Origin: an uncultured Planctomycetales bacterium
GTDB lineage: Bacteria; Omnitrophota; Gorgyraeia; Zapsychrales; Fredricksoniimonadaceae
Reading direction: 5' to 3'
NCBI GenBank assembly: GCA_964483785.1
Contig: CAZACW010000003.1
Location: forward strand, 20,559 to 84,558
Length of the DNA stretch: 64,000 nt
The translations under genes were made by a program, and so were the position numbers. Below, piece after piece: positions 43,142 through 52,507 of this stretch. Numbering within the stretch: position 1 is the stretch's first letter; the number at the start of each line of letters is the position of its first letter. Below the pieces are notes generated by a model, which saw only the letters and a list, made by a program, of their open reading frames with translations, ran no database searches and was not told the DNA's origin.

Positions 43142-46100
43142 TTAATTGACCGAAGAATTCGTCACGGTATTGGAAGAGGTCAGGACTCCGTCGGCTTGGT
43201 CTGTCTGTGCGGCATCATCCGCAGCCACAACCACGGGTGCGGCTGCAACGCTCGGCCCAACAACAGGCGGCGCAGGAGTATTGGTGGCTGGCAGCGGCGG
43301 CGGAGTAAGGTTGCTTGCCACATTAATGCTGACCGGTGTTGAGGTGGAAGACCAACCGTAACTGTCCGTGGCCTTGGCCGTTAAGGTGTAATTGCCGGGC
43401 TGGACATTGTTCCAGGTCACGGTATAAGGGCTGTTATAGGCTGTTCCTAAATACAGCCAGCCATTGCTGTAGAAATCAACCTTGGTGATACTGCCTCCTG
43501 TGACCGCGGCATTGGCAGTCACAGGAATATTGGCGAATGAGCCAAAGGAGGCGTTATTGGCCGGGGCCGCGATGCTGATGGTGGGGGCTTTATGGGCGCT
43601 GACCGTGACGGTCACAGGCGATGCATAAAACACATTGCCGTTGCTGTCCACTGCCTTGGCCGTAAGATTATAGCTTCCCGGCTGGGCGCTGTTCCAATTG
43701 ACCTTGTAGGGAGGCCGGTTGGCTTCCCCTAAATAGAGCGATCCCGCATAATAATCCACCCTGTAAATGATGGCCCCTTGATCGGAAACATCGGATTTCA
43801 AGACGATATTGGCAGGGAGCGTAAAAGAAGCATTGCTGCCGGGTGATGTCAGGCTGATGGAGGGCGCATTAACAGCAGCTTGGCTCGGCGGCGCGCTGAC
43901 CGGAGCATTGACGGTAATGCTTATAGGCGCTGAGGTCACGGTTTGATTGTTGGCATCCGTGGCCACTGCGGTAATGGTGTAAGTACCTGCAGGCACATTG
44001 GTCCAGATGAAACTATAGGGGCTGTTGGCATCTGTACCCAAGAGATTATTGCCGTTAAAAAACGCGACCTGGGTGATGCTCCCGTTGTTTTCAGAAGCGG
44101 CAGCATTTAAGGTGATATTATTCCCTGCCGTAAAGGCGGCATTGTTGGACGGAGAACTTATACTGACTACCGGCGGTGAACTCGGCACGGATACGATTAT
44201 GTTGACAGCGCCGGAGGTTGAGGACCAGCCATAACTGTCCGTGGCCTTGGCCGTCAGAATGTAATTGCCGGGCTGGACATTGTTCCAGGTCACGGTATAA
44301 GGGCTGTTTTCTGCGGAACCTATATATAAGGACCCGCTGTAAAAATCAACCTTGGTGATGTTTCCGCCCGAAGATGAGGCGCTGGCTGTCAGCGTAATGT
44401 TCGCGGGCGTATTAAACGATACGCCGGCAGAGGGCGATGTCAGGGAAACTGCAGGCGCTGCATGGGCGCTGACCGTGATATTGATTGGCGTGGAATAAAA
44501 AACCGCCCCATTGCTGTCCGTGGCCTTGGCTGTGACGCTGTAATTGCCGGCCTGCGCGCTGTTCCAGGCCACGGAATAAGGGCTGAAGGTCGACTCCCCT
44601 AAAAACACCGGGCCCGCGTTATAATCGACCCTGTACACCTGGGCGCTGTCTGTCACCGTGGCGTTAAAGGTAATGGCCGCAGGCACGGTAAAGGAAGCAT
44701 TGTTTCCCGGAGAGCTGATGCTGATATTCGGGGCGGCATTGTTCGTTGGGATGTTTTGGGCGGTGACTGTCAAAGCCACGGGTGCCGAGGTCGTTGTGGC
44801 CCCATTGGCATCTGTGGCCACGGCTGTGATGGCATAGGTTCCCGCAGCCACATTATTCCAAGTATAGCTGTAGGGGCTATTGCTAAGTGCAGCCAGCAGA
44901 TTTGTCCCGTTATAATAAGAGACCTGGGTGATGGTGCCGTTGCTCTCCGAGGCGGTTGAGGTGAAGGTGATATTGGAGCCTGAAGCAAAGGTGCTGTTAT
45001 TCGGGGGTGTGGCGATCATCACAACCGGCGCAGCCTGCAGCGCCGGCGCTGTCACTATGATCGTCACCGGCGCCGAGGTCGCGGTGGCGCCGTTGGCATC
45101 TGTGGCCACGGCCGTCAATGCGTCTGTGCCCGGCGGCAGATTGACGGCGATCCATTGATAAGGTGCTGCCAAGGAAGTCCCTAAAAGGTCCGTGCCGTTA
45201 TAGAAGGCCACCTGGGTAATACTGCCGTTGTTTTCCGAGGCCGTGGCTGTAATGGTGACGCTGGCTGTGCTTAAGACGCTGCTGCCGTCGGCCGGAGCCG
45301 TGATGCTGACTGCCGGCTGTCCAGGTGCCGGGGCCGGCGGGTTCTGGATGGGCGGCGGGCTATTTTGGCTTACCGGATTGCTTGGCAGCGTTGTCTGCGG
45401 ATTCACGCATACGGCATTGGAGCAATCATTGTTGGTACATTCCGCGTTGAAAAAGCAGGTGCCGCCGTCAGCCACGGTTGATCCGTATTGATAGGACCCA
45501 ATGGCCCAGGCCGGACTGCGGGGGTTATTGTTGTAATCACTGGACGTGCCGCTTAGGACCAGGCTGCTGTTGCCTGCGCCGATCAAGGGAGAATTGGCCG
45601 CCGGATAAAATTGGTCAGCCAGGCCGACATTGGTATACTCATGGGAACTGTTTAAGGCGAAGTTTCCAGCCACGCCGGCATTTGCCGGATTATTGCAGAT
45701 ATCATGGCTGCCTGCGCAGTCCTGGGGATCATTCACCTGATAGACCAGATTATTGTTCTCCACCACATTGGCGCAGGAGCCGGCATCATTTTCCCAAAAC
45801 CTGGTCTGCTGGGAAAAGCTGCTGGTATAATCCGGCGCTCCCACAATTAAATTGTTGTTGACGTTGACAGTGACCTTGCCGCCGCTGCACCAGGACGTTG
45901 TCAGTTCAATGTTGGTGCCGCCGTTGGAATAAAACGTCGAGTTGGACACATTAAAGGCCGCGGTATTGTTGGGGATGGCAAAGACCAGTCCGTCGCCGGC
46001 AGCCCGGCAAAAATCATAGCCGTTGATGGGCGGGCAATTGCCGTAAGAATCGCAGGAGGTGGTAAAGGGCTGGCCCGCGAAAAAATTGCAGTTATTGATG

Positions 46101-47299
46101 ATTTGGGAATTTTCGATATTAACGGCGGCGTAATTGAGCTTCATCTGCTGGCTTTCATTGCCTTCGGCCCTGACGCGGTAGGCATTGAAGCTCCCGGTGC
46201 CGTTGCAGTGCAGATTGTCCACCCCTCCCTTGGTATTATAAGCAATGATGGAATTGCTCATGGTGATATTGTTGCAGATGCCGGTGCCGGCTTCCATGCC
46301 CCAGCCGTCGGCTAAGATGCCTCCGTTGCTGCTGCTGTCATCGGCGCAATGGTGGTAGTTTAAAGCATCAAAAGGATTGCTGGAATGCAAAGGATAAACC
46401 GAGCCGCATCCGTTAAAGACAATGGTGTCTCCGTTGACCGTGGTGATGCCGCCTAAGGACATGGTCCCGGAATTGCTGATGTTTTGGCCCAGGCCCACCC
46501 CGCCTCCGCCGTTGCCGTTGATGATATTGTTGGTTTCCGTAAAATTGCTTAAATTTCCGGTGGTGATGCCCCAGAAAGACATGCCGTGGACCCAATTGTT
46601 TTCCAGGGTAATGTTGGCGCCGGTGAGGCTTATGCCTGCCAATCCATAATCACCATAGGGGGAATTAAAGCCATTGTTCGGTTTATGGCAGGCATTGGGA
46701 AATCCGCCGGTCTGTTCGGCCGGGTCAGCGCCGTTGGTCACACAGGATGAATGCTGGGTGATTTCCAGGTTATTGATGATGGTATTGGAACTGTTATTGT
46801 CATTGAGGACCTGTACTACTTCTTCCCTGCCCCATAATTGCGGCCTTTGCGAGCCGATCCCGATGACGGAAGAATTGGACGGCATATTGGCCATGGTGCA
46901 GTCTTCGGGCGCCTGGGCCACGCAATGGCGGCCGTCCACAGGTGTAATTACGCCGCTGGTGTCAAGGCCGATGGGATATTGGGCCTGGGCGCCGGGCACC
47001 AGGTCGCTGTCTCCCACAATATAAAGCGTGTCTCCGCTGGACATGAGACTGGGCCTGTCGCAGGCATCAAAGCCGGTATTGCCGCATCCGGCGCCCAGCA
47101 CGTACATGGGATTTGAAAAGGCGCAGGGTTGATTGGTGCCGTTGCCGGGATAGACCGCGTTGGCCGTGCCTGTGCATTGCGTGGGATTGCCCCCGCCGTC
47201 ACGTACATACCAGTTGGCGGCACAGGCAGGCGCTGACCAAAGCACGGCCCAGCCAAAACAGCTTCCTAATATTATGGGGGAGGAAAAAATGAACCGCAT
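43142..47299 (-). CDS. Secreted beta-helix paralog with 7 Ig-like repeats
   Basis: Same N-terminal domain as 37361-40693, Pro-rich linker, seven Ig repeats, low-complexity tail. Start set at MRFIFS. Confidence 0.85.
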   Translation of the reverse strand: MRFIFSSPIILGSCFGWAVLWSAPACAANWYVRDGGGNPTQCTGTANAVYPGNGTNQPCAFSNPMYVLGAGCGNTGFDACDRPSLMSSGDTLYIVGDSDLVPGAQAQYPIGLDTSGVITPVDGRHCVAQAPEDCTMANMPSNSSVIGIGSQRPQLWGREEVVQVLNDNNSSNTIINNLEITQHSSCVTNGADPAEQTGGFPNACHKPNNGFNSPYGDYGLAGISLTGANITLENNWVHGMSFWGITTGNLSNFTETNNIINGNGGGGVGLGQNISNSGTMSLGGITTVNGDTIVFNGCGSVYPLHSSNPFDALNYHHCADDSSSNGGILADGWGMEAGTGICNNITMSNSIIAYNTKGGVDNLHCNGTGSFNAYRVRAEGNESQQMKLNYAAVNIENSQIINNCNFFAGQPFTTSCDSYGNCPPINGYDFCRAAGDGLVFAIPNNTAAFNVSNSTFYSNGGTNIELTTSWCSGGKVTVNVNNNLIVGAPDYTSSFSQQTRFWENDAGSCANVVENNNLVYQVNDPQDCAGSHDICNNPANAGVAGNFALNSSHEYTNVGLADQFYPAANSPLIGAGNSSLVLSGTSSDYNNNPRSPAWAIGSYQYGSTVADGGTCFFNAECTNNDCSNAVCVNPQTTLPSNPVSQNSPPPIQNPPAPAPGQPAVSITAPADGSSVLSTASVTITATASENNGSITQVAFYNGTDLLGTSLAAPYQWIAVNLPPGTDALTAVATDANGATATSAPVTIIVTAPALQAAPVVMIATPPNNSTFASGSNITFTSTASESNGTITQVSYYNGTNLLAALSNSPYSYTWNNVAAGTYAITAVATDANGATTTSAPVALTVTAQNIPTNNAAPNISISSPGNNASFTVPAAITFNATVTDSAQVYRVDYNAGPVFLGESTFSPYSVAWNSAQAGNYSVTAKATDSNGAVFYSTPINITVSAHAAPAVSLTSPSAGVSFNTPANITLTASASSSGGNITKVDFYSGSLYIGSAENSPYTVTWNNVQPGNYILTAKATDSYGWSSTSGAVNIIVSVPSSPPVVSISSPSNNAAFTAGNNITLNAAASENNGSITQVAFFNGNNLLGTDANSPYSFIWTNVPAGTYTITAVATDANNQTVTSAPISITVNAPVSAPPSQAAVNAPSISLTSPGSNASFTLPANIVLKSDVSDQGAIIYRVDYYAGSLYLGEANRPPYKVNWNSAQPGSYNLTAKAVDSNGNVFYASPVTVTVSAHKAPTISIAAPANNASFGSFANIPVTANAAVTGGSITKVDFYSNGWLYLGTAYNSPYTVTWNNVQPGNYTLTAKATDSYGWSSTSTPVSINVASNLTPPPLPATNTPAPPVVGPSVAAAPVVVAADDAAQTDQADGVLTSSNTVTNSSVN

Positions 47300-47309
47300 A
47301 TTTCTTACA

Positions 47310-47338
47310 ACCATCACAACCCCGGGGGTTGTGATGGT
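47310..47338. repeat. REP-like palindrome, copy 3
   Basis: ACCATCACAACCCC-G-GGGGTTGTGATGGT (perfect 14-bp arms). Confidence 0.85.
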
Positions 47339-47373
47339 GTTAAAATATATATTGAACAGTTATGGGGCGATAG

Positions 47374-49098
47374 TCAATAGTTTTGAGTAATTTTATTGAA
47401 TTCTTCGATTTTGGCGGCCAGGGCCTTGCGCCGGCTTTCCAACGCATGGGCCTCATGGGTAAATTGGGACATGGAGCTTGCAATGGCCTTATCAATGGCC
47501 AGCAGTGCGCGGCTTTGTTCCAGCCAATTCCTTGAAATTTTATCCAGGCCCTTGCTTTGAAAGATTTTGATGTCTCTGGAAAGCTCGTTTAAGTATTCAT
47601 AATCTTCCATGCCTTCGCGAAACAGCTCCACGCGCAGGGACGGCCAGGGCCCGTTGTCACCGGGATAAAACAAAAGGCCGTTGCCGTTTTGCTCCCATTT
47701 CGAGTTTTTAGCGCTTTCAAAAGGATCAACCAGCGGCCACCAGTTCACGCACCAATACAAAAATCCCTTGATGCCGTATTTCCAGCAGAGCCAGGGGATG
47801 ATGCGGTAATCCATGGCATCAAAGTCCATGGCCAAATTCGGGGTCCCTGTGCCTGAAGGTCCGGAAATATACATCCAGATTTCCTTGCCCTTGTCCTGCA
47901 AGGCCCGCATTTTGGCCTCCTGAAAATCATCGATTTGAAAGCTCCAGATATCAATGTCCTTGATCCAATCCGCTCCGTCAGCCATGTCCCAAAGCCCGTG
48001 ATAACAGACCATATTTTTAAACCCTTGATCAGCTTTATGGAGCATGGCTGCGATTTTAGCGGCCTTGGGGTTGCCCATGTCCCCTTCATCCCAGGCATAA
48101 ATATAATTGTAATCAAAAAGATTTCGGCGCTTGAGGATTTGCGCATAGCTTGTGTATTGCGCTTGCAATGAACTTAAAGAAACATCATCCCCAGGCCAAT
48201 TATTATCAAAGGTCCCGCCTTTTTTGCCGATCGAGAAATTATTCAGGCCGTAGGCCATGTACCGGTTTAAATCCGACACATCGTCTTTGTTGGAGGGATC
48301 CACATTGAGGATCGGGTCCATCCGGTAAAGCAGCATGGTCAGGATAAATTGGTCCTTGATTTTTTTAATCCGTTGATCATAGGCATCCTGACCTTCGTTT
48401 GGTTTTTGCGGAAATCTTAATTTAGTCAAGTGGCCGTAAAAATCAAAGGCGGTTTTTAAATGGCTGACCGCGGGCAGGACGAAATCATAGACATGGATGG
48501 ACAAGTCAACAGCCTGCAATTTTTCCTCCTTGGCCATGACCAGGATTTTGCCTGTATAGTCTCCGGCCTCTGCATACGCAGGCGCATAAACAGTCACCCA
48601 GAAAGGCTGGGTCCGGTTGGCTGGAATCTTAATAGGATGCGGCGGCAGTAAAGGATCAGGCCATGGCCCGACATAGGCCGTCGGATAATAGGGCTTTTGG
48701 GTTGGGACATAACCTACGACTTTCCAGGTCATGTGTTTTTTATGGATGGTTTTTCCGTTTTGCTGATTCATGAGATCGTCCAGGACCAAATGCACATCTT
48801 CCAGAGGCCTGTCCTTGGTTTGAAGAACGATTTGAAAGGAACGGTATTCATTTTTGGCCATTGCCATCGAAGCGTTTGAGCCAAAATCAGGTTTTTTGAG
48901 TGTCCCGCCGTCCTGAAAAATCCGGTCTAAGCTGGAAGCGGTAAAAACCGCCACCCCATTTTGAAAAGCCGTGGGCGTTTTGGAAAAATAACGGCCGTGC
49001 TTCGGCTTGAATTTTTTAAGAAAAAAAAGTCCGCCGGCACCAAGGCACAGGCAAAAAAGAATAATGAAGAATTTATATTTGGGGAGTGCGCAGAACAT
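47374..49098 (-). CDS. DUF4091-containing glycoside hydrolase (GH123-like), membrane-anchored
   Basis: AKNEY.SFQ, WPDPL, QPFWVTV, WDE, GFLYW, NGNG.LFYPG, SLR.E.FREG.EDYEY. Confidence 0.8.
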   Translation of the reverse strand: MFCALPKYKFFIILFCLCLGAGGLFFLKKFKPKHGRYFSKTPTAFQNGVAVFTASSLDRIFQDGGTLKKPDFGSNASMAMAKNEYRSFQIVLQTKDRPLEDVHLVLDDLMNQQNGKTIHKKHMTWKVVGYVPTQKPYYPTAYVGPWPDPLLPPHPIKIPANRTQPFWVTVYAPAYAEAGDYTGKILVMAKEEKLQAVDLSIHVYDFVLPAVSHLKTAFDFYGHLTKLRFPQKPNEGQDAYDQRIKKIKDQFILTMLLYRMDPILNVDPSNKDDVSDLNRYMAYGLNNFSIGKKGGTFDNNWPGDDVSLSSLQAQYTSYAQILKRRNLFDYNYIYAWDEGDMGNPKAAKIAAMLHKADQGFKNMVCYHGLWDMADGADWIKDIDIWSFQIDDFQEAKMRALQDKGKEIWMYISGPSGTGTPNLAMDFDAMDYRIIPWLCWKYGIKGFLYWCVNWWPLVDPFESAKNSKWEQNGNGLLFYPGDNGPWPSLRVELFREGMEDYEYLNELSRDIKIFQSKGLDKISRNWLEQSRALLAIDKAIASSMSQFTHEAHALESRRKALAAKIEEFNKITQNY

Positions 49099-50275
49099 GG
49101 GCGTAAACGGATTTTAATTGCCGGCCGATGATGTCCCAACTGTAACTGCCGCAGACGAGCCTGCGGCCTTCCTGGGCCAGGGCCTTGGCAAGATTCTTGT
49201 CATGCAATACCCGGACAATGGCTTGCGCAAAGTCAGCGGGCCCATCCGCTAAAAGGATATTGGCGCCGGCGGTATGCTGGATGCCTTCAGCGCCTATAAA
49301 GGTCGAAACCACCGGCCTGGACATGGACATGGCCTCCAGGATTTTAAGCCTGGTGCCGCCGCCGATGCGCAAAGGGACAATGAAAACTTCACAACGCTGA
49401 ACATAGGGCCTGACATCATCAACGCGGCCGGTGACAATCACCCGCGGGTCCTTGCCCGCCAGACTTTTGACCAGGCCCGAAGGTGATTTGCCCACCACGT
49501 ACAGTTTGGCGGAGGGCTGCCTGGCCCAGATCAGGGGAAGAATTTCAGCGCAAAAATAGGAGACCGCGTCCTCATTGGGCAGCCAATCCATGGAACCGGT
49601 AAAAACCATGGCCCCTTCTTCCTTATTATCATCGGCGGATTGGAAATATTCCGTATCCACTCCGTTGGGAATCACCTGCACCGGCGTCTGGCTTAAGACA
49701 AGGTTTTCTAAAATTGAGCGGTCCTCTTGGGAGCAGGCCAGGATGCTTTGGGCTGTTTTGGCCTGACGTACTTCATAGGTTTTCATTTTGCCGGCCTGCT
49801 GAAGGTAGAGCATTTTTTTGATTGGATTCGCTTCCACCTGGGCACAGCGCTCGAGGATTTTGAATTCCACGTTATGTTCATCCAAAATTTTGGGGACCCC
49901 AGGACCTGTCCCGCTATAATGGGCCATATGCAGATGGTCGATATGTACGGCATCAAAAGATTCGGCCTTGATCAAGGCCTCCATGGCCGAGCGCATGGCC
50001 AAGGATTGGTATTTGATGATCGCATGAGGCAGATCACCTGTGAGCACGTTCCAAACTTTTTGCGCCGAGGAAGATTCCAGGGCAGGCACCAGGGTGATGC
50101 GCAGGCCCAATTGTTTGAGTTCTTCCTTGAGTTGGGCATCTGCCGGGTCATAGGAAAAACTGAGCAAATGCACCTGGGCGTATTTTAAAAGCTGTTTTAA
50201 GATATTAAGGGTACGGATTTTTCCGCCGGTATCAGCGGGCAAAGGAAATCTGGGAGAAAGGAAAAGTATTTTCAT
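49073..50275 (-). CDS. GT4 glycosyltransferase (type seen in PEP-CTERM/EpsH loci)
   Basis: P.PADTGG..R, HNVE, IPNGVD, GSMDWLPN, GGGTRLKILEAM. Confidence 0.9.
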   Translation of the reverse strand: MKILFLSPRFPLPADTGGKIRTLNILKQLLKYAQVHLLSFSYDPADAQLKEELKQLGLRITLVPALESSSAQKVWNVLTGDLPHAIIKYQSLAMRSAMEALIKAESFDAVHIDHLHMAHYSGTGPGVPKILDEHNVEFKILERCAQVEANPIKKMLYLQQAGKMKTYEVRQAKTAQSILACSQEDRSILENLVLSQTPVQVIPNGVDTEYFQSADDNKEEGAMVFTGSMDWLPNEDAVSYFCAEILPLIWARQPSAKLYVVGKSPSGLVKSLAGKDPRVIVTGRVDDVRPYVQRCEVFIVPLRIGGGTRLKILEAMSMSRPVVSTFIGAEGIQHTAGANILLADGPADFAQAIVRVLHDKNLAKALAQEGRRLVCGSYSWDIIGRQLKSVYAHVLRTPQI

Positions 50276-52507
50276 TTAGATCTCAACCGCTGCCCTGTAC
50301 ATTTGATGGTAGTCATCTGCCATGCGGGTATCGCTGTATTCCCGCTCAACATCTTGATAAGCCTGGTCAGCCAATTGCCTGCGCAAGGATGGATTTTGGA
50401 AAAGTTCCCCAATGGCCCTGGCCAATGCTTGAACATCCCCGGCTTCAAGTAAAAGACCATTGACATGGTCCTTGATCAATTGGCCCACCCCTCCGGTTTT
50501 AGTCGCTATCACAGGCACGCGGCTGGCCATGGCTTCTAAAATGGTCATGGGCAGACCTTCGCTGAAGGAGGCGTTGACCAGCGCGTCCATGGACCTGTAT
50601 ATTTCAGGCATGTCCTTGCGCAAGCCGGTTAAAATGATGTTTTGGGACACATTGAATTGTTTGATCTGCGCCTTGATTTGAGGCTCCAAAGGCCCTTCGC
50701 CGACGATCAACAATTTTATCCGCGGGGCTTGCTCAACCGCCCTGGCCATGGCCTCGATTAACACCTTATGCCCTTTTTCCAGGGCCAGGCGCCCTACGAT
50801 GGCCAGGACAAAATCATCCGCCGCAAGTCCGAATTCTTCCCTTAAATGCCCTGCAGTCAGGGAAGGCGAAAATTGCCGCAGATCAATGCCGTTGGCAATC
50901 ACGGATAATCGGCCGGCCGGATAATTTTTTTTCAGCAGATTCTGGTAATTGTTCTGCGACACGCAGACCACATGGTCTGCGAATTTCAAGACAAAGGCAT
51001 CCATGCGTTCATACCCTTTGAGTTTGGCGTCGGTGCCGATCCAGCCATGGATGGTGGCTGCCCATTTTTTGCCGGCCAAACGGGCGGCCCGTCCGCCCAA
51101 GAGATTGGCCTTATAATTGTGCGTATGCACCAGGTCAATGTGATGCTCCAAAATATATCTTTTGATTTGATCGATGGTTGTCAAATCAAAACGCCCCGAG
51201 GCCTCAAACACAGCATAGGCAAGCCCCATGCGCCTGGCTTCCTCAATGATCTCCAAATGCGGATTATGCGCATTATGAACAGCGCCCACGGTTTGTTGGG
51301 CGTTTTTCGTATGCGCGGCCAAATTTAAGATCACCCTTTCCGCTCCAAATAAGCCCGAGGAGCTGACTAAATGCAGGACCTTGATTTGAAACAGCCCTTC
51401 GTAGGCTGCCATCATTGCTTCCATGGAAAATTGGGACCTGACCCTCTCAAGCCCGTTTTGGCCCATGCTCTGCCTTTCTTGAGGGTTTTGGATCAAACGT
51501 TCCAAAGCTTGGGCCAGGGCCTCTGCATTTTCTTGATCGACGAGAAGGCCGTTATAACCATCCTTAACCAGTTCCGGATTTCCGCCGACCTTGGTGGCGA
51601 TCACGGCCTTGCCATGGGACATATATTCCAAAATGGCATTGGACATCCCCTCGCTTAAAGAAGGCAGGACGCACAGATCCGCCGCATCCAGTAATGCCGC
51701 GGCATCCTTGCGCTGGCCGAAGAAAAGCACCTTGTCCTTGATGTTCAAAGCATCGGCCATGGACTGGATGGCGCCGTTTAATTCATCCTTGCCGACGAGG
51801 ATCAATTTTACGAAAGGGTGCTGTTGGGATATTTTGGCAAAGGCCTGGATCAAATGAGCATGGCCTTTGACCGGCCTTAGATTGGCCACATGCATGATGA
51901 CCAAATCCCGGGGCAAGAGCCCTAAATCTTTTTTTTGCACGGCGCTGTCTAAGGGTTTTGCGTTAAACTCAACCCCATTATAAATGACCTTGATCTTCTG
52001 TGGCGGCACAGCTTCGGTGTCCCTGACCATGGCTTTGATGGATTCCGTCACTGTAACAATGGTCTGCACCCACGGATTGATGAGGCGATAGGCCCAGATA
52101 TGCAGAGGCCCGCGCCAGTACCCCATGTCCCTGCGGTTGGAAATGATGGAAGGCACCTTGGCCCAATGCGCCCACCAGGCGCCCCAGATATCCGAGCCGA
52201 AATGATAGGTCATTAAAATATGGATGGAATTGCGGCGCAGGAAATGATAAAAGCGCCAGCCTTGAAGCAGGCCTGAAAGGCCGTAAATCCTTTTGACACG
52301 GAAAATTTCAAAACAACAGCCGATGGCCTGGATCAAGGCCGGCGAGGTCTCTCCCTGCGCCTCCATGCTGATGATCCAAACATTGTAACGGTCCTTGGGC
52401 AGGCGCTTGGCAAGCTCAATGATCTGTTTTTCCGCCCCGCCGGTCACATCCCCCAGGCAATCCGTCAGCAGGGCTATATTGGTTTTCAATTGCGGCTGTG
52501 TCATCAA
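50276..52507 (-). CDS. Tandem double GT4 glycosyltransferase
   Basis: Two GT-B units: GGAE...SEGMSNAILE and GAER...SEGLPMTILEAM. Confidence 0.9.
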   Translation of the reverse strand: MMTQPQLKTNIALLTDCLGDVTGGAEKQIIELAKRLPKDRYNVWIISMEAQGETSPALIQAIGCCFEIFRVKRIYGLSGLLQGWRFYHFLRRNSIHILMTYHFGSDIWGAWWAHWAKVPSIISNRRDMGYWRGPLHIWAYRLINPWVQTIVTVTESIKAMVRDTEAVPPQKIKVIYNGVEFNAKPLDSAVQKKDLGLLPRDLVIMHVANLRPVKGHAHLIQAFAKISQQHPFVKLILVGKDELNGAIQSMADALNIKDKVLFFGQRKDAAALLDAADLCVLPSLSEGMSNAILEYMSHGKAVIATKVGGNPELVKDGYNGLLVDQENAEALAQALERLIQNPQERQSMGQNGLERVRSQFSMEAMMAAYEGLFQIKVLHLVSSSGLFGAERVILNLAAHTKNAQQTVGAVHNAHNPHLEIIEEARRMGLAYAVFEASGRFDLTTIDQIKRYILEHHIDLVHTHNYKANLLGGRAARLAGKKWAATIHGWIGTDAKLKGYERMDAFVLKFADHVVCVSQNNYQNLLKKNYPAGRLSVIANGIDLRQFSPSLTAGHLREEFGLAADDFVLAIVGRLALEKGHKVLIEAMARAVEQAPRIKLLIVGEGPLEPQIKAQIKQFNVSQNIILTGLRKDMPEIYRSMDALVNASFSEGLPMTILEAMASRVPVIATKTGGVGQLIKDHVNGLLLEAGDVQALARAIGELFQNPSLRRQLADQAYQDVEREYSDTRMADDYHQMYRAAVEI

